A stretch of DNA of 64,000 bases from an uncultured virus (IMG/VR IMGVR_UViG_3300020037_004263) (Duplodnaviria > Heunggongvirae > Uroviricota > Caudoviricetes): IMG/VR virus record IMGVR_UViG_3300020037_004263. One strand, given 5' to 3'. Below, piece after piece: positions 17,151 through 26,900 of this stretch. The position numbers and the translations under genes are program-made. Position 1 is the first letter of the stretch. Every line of letters begins with the position of its first letter. The notes under the pieces are model-generated. The model did not search any database. It saw nothing but the letters and a program-made list of their open reading frames with translations, and was not told where the DNA came from.

Positions 17151-18065
17151 ATGGCTTCTCCTATGCGCAGCACGGATTTCCGTGACATCGTGGCCCCGAT
17201 CCTCAACGAGGAGTTCGACGGCCTCTACGACCAGCGTGACGACGAGTGGGCGATGGTCTTCAAGGAGTTCGAGGGCATCAAGCGCTCGTACCATGAAGAA
17301 CCGGTGCTCTACGGCATGGGCGCGGCGCCCGAGGTTCCCGACGGCACCGCCTTCACCTACCAGTCGGGCGGCGAGCTGTTCGTCCAGCGCTACGTCTACA
17401 AGGTCTACGGCCTTGCGTTCGCGCTCACCAAGGTCCTCGTCGAGGACGGTGATCACATTCGCATCGGCCAGATATACGCTCGCCATCTGGCGCAGTCGCA
17501 GATCGAGACCAAGGAACTGCTCGGGGCGAATATCCTCAACCGGGCGTTCACCTCCGGGTACAACGGCGGCGACGGCGTCTCGCTGATCAACACCGCGCAC
17601 CCGATCGCCACCGGCACGTTCAGCAACCAGCTGTCGACGCCGGCCAACCTGTCGCAGACCTCGCTCGAGCAGATGCTCATCCAGATTCGCAACGCGGTGA
17701 ACAACACCGGGCTGCGTATCCGCCTGACGCCGAAGAAGATCGTCACCGGTCCTTCCAACGTGTTCCAGGCCGAGGTTCTGCTCAAGTCGGTCCTCCGCAC
17801 CGGCACGGCCAACAACGACATCAACCCCGTCAAGTCGATGGGTCTGCTGTCCGAAGGGCAGGCCAACCTCTCGCGCATCACCTCGACCACATCGTGGTTC
17901 ATCGAGACCGACGCGCCCGAGGGCATGAAGCTGGCGATGCGTCGCAAGCTGGAGAAATCGATGGAAGGCGATTGGGAAACTGACAGTATGCGCTACAAAT
18001 CAAGCGAGCGCTTTAACTTCGGCTGGACGGACCCACGCGGTCTCTACGGAACCGCCGGCGTGTGA
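17151..18065 (+). CDS. Major capsid protein (Mu gpT-like, HK97 fold)
   Basis: GGAGG RBS; YGLAFALT, YNGGDGVSL...HP, ERFNFGWTDPRG; followed by a terminator. Confidence 0.9.
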   Translation: MASPMRSTDFRDIVAPILNEEFDGLYDQRDDEWAMVFKEFEGIKRSYHEEPVLYGMGAAPEVPDGTAFTYQSGGELFVQRYVYKVYGLAFALTKVLVEDGDHIRIGQIYARHLAQSQIETKELLGANILNRAFTSGYNGGDGVSLINTAHPIATGTFSNQLSTPANLSQTSLEQMLIQIRNAVNNTGLRIRLTPKKIVTGPSNVFQAEVLLKSVLRTGTANNDINPVKSMGLLSEGQANLSRITSTTSWFIETDAPEGMKLAMRRKLEKSMEGDWETDSMRYKSSERFNFGWTDPRGLYGTAGV

Positions 18066-18097
18066 GGTAACTGCTTGAAATATCCGCTTTTTCTTGG

Positions 18098-18130
18098 CGG
18101 CCCCCGGTTTTAGCCGGGGGCCGTACTTTT
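18098..18130 (+). terminator. Rho-independent terminator after the capsid gene
   Basis: cggcccccggt-ttta-gccgggggccg followed by tactttt. Confidence 0.8.
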
Positions 18131-18135
18131 GTGAT

Positions 18136-18170
18136 TGACGCATTCAACTCTTGTAATTACAAGAGTCAGT
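18136..18170 (+). promoter_or_regulatory. Putative leaderless promoter overlapped by a perfect 20-bp palindrome
   Basis: TTGACG-N17-TACAAG-N7-ATG; actcttgtaattacaagagt at 18147-18166. Confidence 0.55.
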
Positions 18171-19745
18171 ATGCCGTCACCCAAACCTTTGTCGCTTGAA
18201 GCTGTCACCGCCAAATTCCCGGCCGAGACGCTTGCCCGCTACGATTTCAGCGGTGCTGTCTACACCGGCGCGCTCAACCGGATCACAGGCATCCGATGCC
18301 CTGAGCACGGGGAGTTTTCGCAGTACCCTTCACAGCTGCGCAAAGGCGGCTCAGGCTGCCCCCGGTGCGGACACGATCTCCGGGGCCAGAACAAGCGCAT
18401 CACCCAGGACGAAGCCATCTCCAAGGCGGTGGCGCTGCACAACGGTTTCTACAGCTACGAGAAAACGGTCTACACGATCGGCCACGAGAAGATGACCGTG
18501 ACGTGCCCGCTGCATGGCGATTTCAGCGTGCTGGCGATTAACCACATCTACGGCGGCCGAGGCTGCCCGACGTGCGGCGCGGCCAAGCGTGGGCATCGGT
18601 TCACCGGCGCGAATACCGCAGTGAGGTCGGGTCCGGTGATGATCGCCAAGCATGCAGCTAAGTTCGAGGCGCAGGCTCGAGAGGTCCACGGCGACAAGTA
18701 CGATTATTCACAGGTCGACTACAAAGGCCGGAAGACGCACGTAGCTATTCTGTGCCCCAAGCACGGACCTTTCCAGCAGACCCCGGATCGCCATCTGTCG
18801 CGCGAACACGGCTGTCCCGAATGCTCGCACCACCTTTCCAAAGGCGAGGCGCAAATCAAGGCGTTCATGTCGATATTCGCGCAGATTGATTCCCGGCGCA
18901 GAGATATCGTCAAGCCGAAAGAGCTCGACATCTACGCGCCTGAGCACGCGCTCGCGGTAGAGTACTGCGGCGAGTACTGGCACGGCGCTGAGACGGCCGA
19001 AAAGGAAAAAGACGCAGAAACCCGGCATATCGACAAGATGCGCGCTTGCGAGGCGCGGGGCATTCGTTTGCTTACGGTGTTCGAGAGCGATTGGCTGCGC
19101 CGACCACACGCAATCCGGCGGCTCATTCGTAACGCCCTCGGCAAAGGTCGTGGCAAGGTCATGGCTCGTAAGTGCCAGCCGGAGAAGGTTGCGCACGCCG
19201 AGGCCGTGGCGTTCTTTGATCGTTACCACCCACAAGGTGGTTCGGGTCACGGCGTGTACTACGGGCTGCGGTACGGCGGAAAGCTGGTTGCGTGCATGCG
19301 CTTCACCTTTGGCGGCAACGACCGTGGTCCGAACAAGGAACGTCAGTGGACGCTCAGCCGCTACGCGACGCGCATCTCTGTCGTTGGTGGTGCCTCGCGG
19401 CTGTTGAGCGCCTTCGTTGAAGATTTTGATCCGTCACTGATCAAATCGTTCTCTGACAATCGCTACTTCACCGGCGCGATGTACGTACAGCTAGGTTTCG
19501 ATCTGGATGCCGAGCTACCACCGGAGTATCAAGTCTACCACATCAAAACAGGGCTTTTGCCCAAGGCCGCTTGGCAGCGACGGGAGATACCAGCGCGTAT
19601 CGCCCAGTTGGGGTCGAAGGAAACCTTCGATCCAGACCCTGAGAAAGACAGCCGGACAGAGACGACGATGACCTACCTGCTCGGGGCTCGGCGCGTCTAC
19701 GACTGCGGCAAAAAACGCTGGATCTGGCGCAAGAAACCCGCTTGA
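18171..19745 (+). CDS. Hef-like homing endonuclease (three Zn-ribbon repeats, nuclease domain, GNAT/Mom-like C-terminus)
   Basis: Three CPxHG.F...GCPxC repeats; ELDIY...AVEYCGEYWH; VVGGASRLL...SFSDNRYFTGAMY...GF; VYDCGKKRW. Confidence 0.75.
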   Translation: MPSPKPLSLEAVTAKFPAETLARYDFSGAVYTGALNRITGIRCPEHGEFSQYPSQLRKGGSGCPRCGHDLRGQNKRITQDEAISKAVALHNGFYSYEKTVYTIGHEKMTVTCPLHGDFSVLAINHIYGGRGCPTCGAAKRGHRFTGANTAVRSGPVMIAKHAAKFEAQAREVHGDKYDYSQVDYKGRKTHVAILCPKHGPFQQTPDRHLSREHGCPECSHHLSKGEAQIKAFMSIFAQIDSRRRDIVKPKELDIYAPEHALAVEYCGEYWHGAETAEKEKDAETRHIDKMRACEARGIRLLTVFESDWLRRPHAIRRLIRNALGKGRGKVMARKCQPEKVAHAEAVAFFDRYHPQGGSGHGVYYGLRYGGKLVACMRFTFGGNDRGPNKERQWTLSRYATRISVVGGASRLLSAFVEDFDPSLIKSFSDNRYFTGAMYVQLGFDLDAELPPEYQVYHIKTGLLPKAAWQRREIPARIAQLGSKETFDPDPEKDSRTETTMTYLLGARRVYDCGKKRWIWRKKPA

Positions 19746-19790
19746 CGTAGCAACCGAACACTTTACAGTCCTACCTGCCAAGAGGAGCCG
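19742..19790 (+). promoter_or_regulatory. Promoter carrying the same spacer motif (copy 5), driving an accessory island
   Basis: TTGACG-ta-GCAA-N8-TTTAcagt...AGAGGAG. Confidence 0.65.
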
Positions 19791-19796
19791 CACAGA

Positions 19797-20345
19797 ATGA
19801 CCGTCAGCAACCTTCCCTCCCGAATGAACCTTCAGACCATGGCCCCTGACCCGGACACCTGTCCGCCGACGACAGTCGAAGCGTCGACCGAGCAACACAT
19901 CGGTAATCTGCCGGGATCGCCCCTTGTTGATCGGTACGAATGCTCGTGCGGCTGGCGGAGCGGCACGTTCTACGACGGTGCGCAACGGGCAAAGATGGAG
20001 TGGCTGGAGCATTCTGGTCAACTTGCGCAGCAACAGGCCGTAGCCGATTCCAACTACTGGGCACGCGCGGCCAACCAGAGGGTGGGTCAGCGCTACTCGC
20101 AGCAGCAGGCCGCTCAACCAGACCTCAGCCAGCTTGCGTCGGCGCAGGCGTCGGATCAGTTCAACAACGTCCGCGTCTGGGACCTCCCCGATCCGACCCT
20201 CCACGGCGCCGAGAAGATGCGGGACGAGGCCGTCGCAGCACTTTGGAAACTGCTTGACAGGACGAGCATCGAGCAGATTCGTTGCGGCGTCGAACTCGCG
20301 ATCGAGCGTATCGAGGCACTCGACCCTGTGAAGGTCGTCGGATGA
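19797..20345 (+). CDS. Hypothetical protein
   Basis: Follows promoter and RBS; ECSCGW motif. Confidence 0.65.
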   Translation: MTVSNLPSRMNLQTMAPDPDTCPPTTVEASTEQHIGNLPGSPLVDRYECSCGWRSGTFYDGAQRAKMEWLEHSGQLAQQQAVADSNYWARAANQRVGQRYSQQQAAQPDLSQLASAQASDQFNNVRVWDLPDPTLHGAEKMRDEAVAALWKLLDRTSIEQIRCGVELAIERIEALDPVKVVG

Positions 20346-20482
20346 CCTGGCGTACCCACCTCCTGCCGCAGGAGCGTAAACGGGTCCTCTACATCGAGGC
20401 CACTCGCCCCGCGCTCACTCGCGAGTACAGGAAGATAGCAGACCGCTGCCGCAAACGGCTGGCCAAGGAGACGAAGGCATGA
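20342..20482 (+). CDS. Small basic hypothetical protein
   Basis: MTWRTHLL...; ATGA coupling. Confidence 0.55.
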   Translation: MTWRTHLLPQERKRVLYIEATRPALTREYRKIADRCRKRLAKETKA

Positions 20483-20724
20483 CCCAGGACCAATCCGTAC
20501 TCGCGGCCCAGCGCGCCGAGGATCAGGCTCTTTGCGACTGGCTCCGGTTTAGCGATCTGGAAGGTGCCGACGGCGTGGCCACTCGCATCGAGCAGCTCGG
20601 CCAAGAGCTCTGCGAGGCATGCCACGATCGCGACCGTTTCCAGGCCGACTGCGAGCGGTTGAGCGCGGAACTTGCCACCCGTCCGCGCATTGCGGTATCA
20701 GGCACGCTGCCAATCGAGGACTAG
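20479..20724 (+). CDS. Hypothetical coiled-coil protein
   Basis: AAGGAG RBS; ATGA overlap. Confidence 0.6.
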   Translation: MTQDQSVLAAQRAEDQALCDWLRFSDLEGADGVATRIEQLGQELCEACHDRDRFQADCERLSAELATRPRIAVSGTLPIED

Positions 20725-20734
20725 GAGAGACGAC

Positions 20735-20887
20735 ATGACCAAAACCCCAACAAAAACCAAAACAACCAAACCCACTCCCACAAAAACAAAAACCCCAACA
20801 AAAATCTCCAAACCCACGACGCCGAAGGAACCCGAAGGGGCCGAGCACGCCAAGCTGATCGCGTTCTCCGACGGCAAGGGGCGGTGA
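20735..20887 (+). CDS. Small Thr/Lys/Pro-rich protein
   Basis: AGGAG RBS; MTKTPTKTKTTKPTPTK, encoded by a G-free tract. Confidence 0.45.
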   Translation: MTKTPTKTKTTKPTPTKTKTPTKISKPTTPKEPEGAEHAKLIAFSDGKGR

Positions 20888-21054
20888 CGGAATACCTCCG
20901 CAAGACCTACGGCAACGCGTGGCGTCACTGCGACTGTGAACGCGACGCTGACGTCTGCCCCGAGGACTGCGGGCACTTCGCCTTCTGGAAGGCGCAAATG
21001 GATCGTCTTTTGGCGAAAAGCATGCGGCAGACAGGCGTGAGCGAGGGCGCGTAA
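20884..21054 (+). CDS. Small Cys-rich protein
   Basis: Manual ORF MTEYLRKTYGNAWRHCDCE...CPEDCGH; GTGA overlap. Confidence 0.5.
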   Translation: MTEYLRKTYGNAWRHCDCERDADVCPEDCGHFAFWKAQMDRLLAKSMRQTGVSEGA

Positions 21055-21153
21055 CTAACCCCTTCCCTTGGCCCCGATCCCCTGCTACACACTCGGCAGC
21101 GGATACCAAAGCAGCACCTCAGATGCCTCCTACATCTTTGAGGAGCTTTTCCT

Positions 21154-21861
21154 ATGCCGCTTCCTGACAATAGCGTTACGCGGTTCCCGAACGGTATCAA
21201 CACCAGCGCGGTATCGTCGCTGTTCGCAAACCTGCCGGTACCGACGGGCCTCGATCTCCACATCTACTGGAACGACTTCGACACCTATACGGCCGGCGAC
21301 TGGGTCGTCACCGAGACACAGGCGGGCGCAACCCAAGCTCTTGCTGCCGGCGACGGGGGCTGGCTGCTGCTGACCAACTCGGCGGCCGACGACGATCTCG
21401 TCGCGCTCCAGAAGACGCCCGCGGCTTTCACCCTGACGGCCGGCAAGCAGGCGTGGTTTACCTGCCGCTTCAAGGTCAGCGACGCCACGCAGTCGGACAT
21501 CGTGTTCGGCATGCAGGTCGTCGACACCACGCCCCTCGACGTCACCGACGGCATCTACTTCCTGAAAAGCGACGGTGCCGCGACGGTCGACTTCATCTGC
21601 CGCAAGAACGCGACGACGGGCTCGACGTCCTCGAGCGCGATCGGCACGCTGGCCAACGATACCTTCGCCCGCATGTCGTGGTACTATGACGGCATCAGCA
21701 AGGTCTACTGCTCCTTCAACGGAACCGTGGTCGCCTCGCTCGACGCCAGCAGCACCTATCTGCCGGACACCATCACGACGCTCAGCTTCGCGCTCCAGAA
21801 CGGCGAGGCCGTCGCGAAGACACTCACTTGTGACTACATTGGCGCCTGGTTTGAGAGATAG
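21154..21861 (+). CDS. Virion structural protein (beta-rich)
   Basis: TRFPNG...YWNDFDTY; GAGGAG RBS; structural region. Confidence 0.7.
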   Translation: MPLPDNSVTRFPNGINTSAVSSLFANLPVPTGLDLHIYWNDFDTYTAGDWVVTETQAGATQALAAGDGGWLLLTNSAADDDLVALQKTPAAFTLTAGKQAWFTCRFKVSDATQSDIVFGMQVVDTTPLDVTDGIYFLKSDGAATVDFICRKNATTGSTSSSAIGTLANDTFARMSWYYDGISKVYCSFNGTVVASLDASSTYLPDTITTLSFALQNGEAVAKTLTCDYIGAWFER

Positions 21862-21873
21862 AGGGTAAAGCTG

Positions 21874-22203
21874 ATGCGGCCAATCGTTACCACTCTGAGC
21901 GACGCCTCCGGAGGCGCCAAGAACGTCGTCATTCCGATCGACTATATGGCGCGTCCGCAGGTCTCTCTGCAGGTCGATGTCACCGGCACGGCCAACTGGA
22001 CCGTCCAGCAGACCCTCGACAACGTGTTCGATATCGCGGCGGGCTCGGTGACGTGGATCGACCACCCTGACACGAACATGGTCGCGCAGACCGTCGATCG
22101 TCAAGGCAACTACGCCTATACGCCGTTCGCCGTGAAGCTGATCCTGAACAGCGGCAGCGGCTCCGCCAAAATCACGGTGATCCAGCCGGGTACGATCCTC
22201 TGA
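21874..22203 (+). CDS. Putative virion protein
   Basis: Beta-rich; operon context. Confidence 0.7.
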   Translation: MRPIVTTLSDASGGAKNVVIPIDYMARPQVSLQVDVTGTANWTVQQTLDNVFDIAAGSVTWIDHPDTNMVAQTVDRQGNYAYTPFAVKLILNSGSGSAKITVIQPGTIL

Positions 22204-22394
22204 TGAGCGGGCTGAACAACGGCACCAGCGGCCTGTGGGACGCGCGAACCGGGCTCTGGGGCGGCAATTCCGGCCTGTGGAGCGGGGCCAGCGGTCTCGT
22301 CAACCCCACCGGTGGGAGTCCGTCGTCGCCCGCCGCCATGAAGTTCAACGTCGTCTCGAACAGCATGTACGTGCCTCTCCTGAGGAACTTCTGA
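22203..22394 (+). CDS. Small protein with SGLW repeats
   Basis: SGLWDARTGLWGGNSGLWSGASGL; TGATG coupling. Confidence 0.6.
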   Translation: MSGLNNGTSGLWDARTGLWGGNSGLWSGASGLVNPTGGSPSSPAAMKFNVVSNSMYVPLLRNF

Positions 22395-22395
22395 C

Positions 22396-22914
22396 ATGGG
22401 TACTTTCAACGTCCTCGACGCCACCGGCGGCACTCAGGCGGTCACCAACAACGCGAACGGGAGGCAGGCGGCAGCTTCCTCCGCCCCGGCGGCGCTGTGC
22501 ACGGAAGACAAGGCCGCGCTGGATCTCATCAACACCAACCTGACGACGGCCCTGACCGTTCTGGCCCCGCAGCCGATGATGGCAGCCGGTGCGCCGCTCA
22601 CCACGCTGGCCTTCACCGAAGTCATCATCGCCGAAAGCACGTCGGGCGACCGGACGATCGTCTCGGCCACCTCCGGGCAGACGACCAAGGTCTACCGGAT
22701 GGTGCTGCAGGCCGGCGCGACGGGCCTTACGGTGCTGGTCAAGGACGGCGCTTCGACAACGCTTCAGACGCTGGTTCTGGCGGCCAATCAGGGCTTCATC
22801 CTCGATTTCAGCCAGTACCCCTGGTACACCACGACGGCCAACACCGCGTTCATCCTGAACCTGAGCGCCTCGGTCGCGCTCAACGGACGCCTCTACTACA
22901 TCAAGAGCGCCTGA
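22396..22914 (+). CDS. Putative virion protein
   Basis: Thr/Ala-rich; operon context. Confidence 0.7.
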   Translation: MGTFNVLDATGGTQAVTNNANGRQAAASSAPAALCTEDKAALDLINTNLTTALTVLAPQPMMAAGAPLTTLAFTEVIIAESTSGDRTIVSATSGQTTKVYRMVLQAGATGLTVLVKDGASTTLQTLVLAANQGFILDFSQYPWYTTTANTAFILNLSASVALNGRLYYIKSA

Positions 22915-22915
22915 C

Positions 22916-23737
22916 GTGAGCGGGTTTTTCACCGCTCCGGGCGCTGCCTCGCAGCCGGGCAACCCGAACGCGACACTCGAATCCATTGGCTTCGCGGCGA
23001 ACGGTACTCCGACGCAGTTGACTGCCAGCGCCACCGCGAACGTCAAGGGCAGCTACGCCACGATCGGCACCACGACCAGCGCCTGGTGTGGGTTTTTCCT
23101 GCATATCGGAGTGGCCTCTGCTTCGACGGCGCGCTTTCTGCTCGATATCCGCATCGGCGGCGCGACCGTCATCCTGCCGGACTTCTTCGTCATGCCGGGG
23201 ACCAACATCGCTGGGCGCGTCTACGTCCCTCTGCAAATCCCGGCCAGTACGCTTGTCGAGGGGCGCGTCCAGTGTTCATCGACCGGTAGCCAGACGATCT
23301 CTTTCGCGATGACCGGTTCGGTTGCCAGCGCCTCTCTGGCCCCCGGCTTCACCCAGGCGACGGCGCTGAACGTCGATACGACCAACAGCCGGCCGAGCAC
23401 GATCGACATCGCCGAAACGACCAGCCTGACGCTGCCGTTGACCCAGCTCACCGCTTCCACCGCAGCGACCTACGGAGCCTTCATCGCGGTCGCCTCGGCC
23501 AGCACTGCGACGCCCGGTACGGCGCAGCACGTCACTCCCGTCTTCGCAACGGGCGCGTCCAGTTCCGAAGTCGAGTTCGGCCGCATGCTCGTCAACGCCC
23601 TGAACACTACGGCAGGGATCAACCACGGCTATCAGTATCTCTCCCATTCGGTTGCGTCGGGCACCCGGCTGAGCGCGGGTGCGCTGGCCGCGGCGACGGG
23701 GGATAACATCCGCGTCGGCCTTTACGGTTTTGCCTGA
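22916..23737 (+). CDS. Putative virion protein with two similar beta domains
   Basis: TTTSAWCGF...IPASTLV and STAATYGAF...VASGTRL suggest an internal duplication. Confidence 0.7.
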   Translation: MSGFFTAPGAASQPGNPNATLESIGFAANGTPTQLTASATANVKGSYATIGTTTSAWCGFFLHIGVASASTARFLLDIRIGGATVILPDFFVMPGTNIAGRVYVPLQIPASTLVEGRVQCSSTGSQTISFAMTGSVASASLAPGFTQATALNVDTTNSRPSTIDIAETTSLTLPLTQLTASTAATYGAFIAVASASTATPGTAQHVTPVFATGASSSEVEFGRMLVNALNTTAGINHGYQYLSHSVASGTRLSAGALAAATGDNIRVGLYGFA

Positions 23738-23979
23738 TGACTTTCACCCGCGCGAACCTCACCAGGATGACACGAGGCGGCGCACCGTCCCCCACTCCGC
23801 CCGAGGTGCTCGGCCTGCTGCCTGACGCCGCGCTCGGGGTCAGTTATCTGTCTTCAGGGGACGTCACCATCTTCGGCGGCACGGGGCCGTTCACCGCGTC
23901 CCTCAGCGGCCAGCCTTCGGGGCTCAACGTCACTGTCTCGGGCCGCGATCTCATCTTTGACTGGAGCAATCCGGCGTGA
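23737..23979 (+). CDS. N-terminal part of an Ig-like (He_PIG-type) domain
   Basis: LPDAALGVSY...IFGGTGPFTASLSGQPSGL pattern; stops before the final strands. Confidence 0.6.
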   Translation: MTFTRANLTRMTRGGAPSPTPPEVLGLLPDAALGVSYLSSGDVTIFGGTGPFTASLSGQPSGLNVTVSGRDLIFDWSNPA

Positions 23980-26900
23980 CGGACATGCTCGACCCGCTAC
24001 TCGCCTACCGCGACCGGTTCGCTGCCGTAGGCGAGGCTCCGATCGACTTGACGGACCTGGTCCCCGAGAGCTTTCTGACCCCTACCAGCTGGGCCATCAC
24101 CGCCGGCAATGCGGCGGGCGACTGGACCCTGTCGGGCAGCACGATCGACTTCAGCGTCGCGGGCGCGGCGGCGGACATGCCGAACAGCCCGTACACGCTG
24201 ACGATTCAGGCGACATGGGCGAGCCTTCCTGCGGCCTACCAGACGGCCTCGACCACCGTTACCGTCATCTGCCCCGCCGATACGCGCTACGTCGATCCTG
24301 CGGGCGGCTCCGATGCCGCGGCAGGCACCAGCAAGGCGGCGGCCTGGACCCACGCCACGGGCGACCCCAACGCTACGGGCAATGCGGCCTCCTTCTCGCC
24401 GTCGGTCCTCACGCTGATCAGCATCAAGGGCGGCACGACACAGATCCGCAGCAACTATGTCGCGCCGTCGAACAACAACATCGTCTATGCCTCCAGTATA
24501 GGCTGGGGAACGGGCCGGGCCATACTCTCGGGCCTCGATCTGCTTCCGGCCGGCACCGCAGCGTCCAGCGGGGAGGCGTTCGCCAACCCCTTCCTCGCCA
24601 GCATCAACAAGTACAGCCTCGGATATGCGTGGCAGTCCGGGCAATATCTCGTTGACAACGGGCAACTGATCTTCCCGGCGCAGTGGCCTGCGTCCGGCAC
24701 CGACCCGCTACTCGACAGCCAGGACCCGAACCGGCAGCTCACGGGCGGCATGTACCGCTACCCGGCGACGGAAGTGATAAACTTCGGTACGGCTTCCACC
24801 ACGATCACCGGCACGGCGGCAGCGGCTATCCTGGCGGCGTTCCCGACCGGGAAAAGCACGGTCGGCTATGTCGTCTGGCATTGGGTGGTGCCCAACGAGG
24901 TGCAGCCCTTCGTGATCACGGCGCACAACGTGGCGACGGGGCAGATCACCTTCGATACGTCCAGCGAGGCAACGACCAGCAACCTTCAGTTCGGGACATC
25001 GGCCACGCCGGCGCAACCCGCAAACGGCGACAGCGTGGTCGCGGCCGGCAAGACCTACACGTTCAAGACCGTACTCGACACCGGCGACGGCACCATCCTG
25101 ATCGGGGCTACCGTAGCCGACACGATCGGCAATTTCGTCGCCGCGGTGAACCTGGCCGCCGGCGCGGGCACGAAGTACGGCAGCGCCACCACGATCAACC
25201 CGTCGCTGAGCGCGAGCGTCAACGGCACCTACCGCGCGCTGATGCAGATCAAGGTCACCGGGACGTCGCTGAACAGCGTTGCTCTGTCGATCGGCGTCGG
25301 CACGATCCTGACGTGGTCCATCGCTACGATGGTCAGCGGGGTTCAGGAGGTCAACGGGACCACCGCGTTCCAGATCGTCGGACACCCGTGGTCGATCGGT
25401 GCGGCCAACCAGTTCGCCGGGAAACCGGGCGACACCTATGTCCTGGCCTGGCTATCGGACGGCGTCGCGCCCGAAATCCTCACGCGCAAGATCGGGATCA
25501 CCGCGAACAGTCCCTCCTCGCTCGGAGCCTACGGACTCCTGATCCAGGGGTACTACAACGATACCGCGAGCGCGGAGGGCGCCGGCATATCGGTCAGCCG
25601 CTCCAGCAATTTCACCTATAATTTCGCGAATAACGAGATCAAGTGGCTGGTCAACCACGCGACCAAGAGCGGGGGTATCCGAACGGTCGGCTCGGGCACG
25701 GCGACCTCCAACCGCCTTGATCGCAACTACATCCACGACAGTGTCCGGGCCAGCGGTATCCGGTATTCCTGCGCACAAACCGATGGCATCCAGGCGGTCA
25801 AGAACCGCGTCGAGCGCCTCACCCGCACCGGCATCTACATCGTCAACATGAAGAACAGCCTGGTTCAGGGCAACAAGCTGGTCTACATCATCAGCGCTCA
25901 TGGCAACGGCTTCACGTTCTACCGGACCGGAGTATATGTCCCCGACAACAACACGATCCAGTACAATTACACCGAGAACGTCATCCGCCCCCTTACCAAG
26001 GACGCCCACGCCAACTCTTTGTTCACAGGCAACATCTTCGAATCCGACGAACTGAACAACGACCCGGTTCGCGCTTACGGCAGCTATTCGACCGATGTCT
26101 GGTCCCGCAACATGTGCATGCGCTATCGAAATAGCGCGCTCACCGGCACCTACTCGATGAATTTCGGCCTGGGCGGCGGCGGGGCCTGTCCCTACTCGAA
26201 CAATGTCATCGACGGGGTCGTTCTCCAGTCCCCCTACGCCGCGGTGGGCACCGCCAATCTCATTACCAACGCCGTTGCAGGAACAGGAGCCGACGACGCT
26301 CTGGTCAACGGGATAAGCGACCAGATCGGCGGCCTGGGCTCGGACAACGTGTATTCTCCCTATCTGTGGGACGGCACGATCACCGCGCCGATGAAGAACC
26401 AGCTCGGTGTCGGCCGGATCGGCAACCAGCTCATCTACTCGATCGCGTCGGTATTTTTCCCGCCGCTCGCCAACCAGACGGTCTCGACCCTCGTCACGTC
26501 GGCCATGGCTCTGGTCGATACGCCCGATGCCACGAGGCCGATCAGCGTCAGCGGTGCGGGCAGTCCGCAATGGCGACAGGCCGACTACCCCGGCGGCGGC
26601 AATCCCACGGCTTGGACGTCGTCATCCGGAACGATCGACACCACGAAATATCTGCAGGTCCGCCAGACGACGTCGGCGAGCAACGAAACAGAGCAAACCG
26701 CGTCGATCGACCTTGGCGACGGCAACGTCTCGACCTGGACCGCGACGACCCTGAAAGCCAAGGACGTCCCGTGGGTCGCGATCAACACCAGCGATACATG
26801 GAACACGACATCGCAGGGCATCGCCGCCGACAGCCAGCTCCTGACGATAGCACTGAAGTTCAACTTCTCCGCCGCGCCAGGCTCGGCGGCTCTCATCTTC

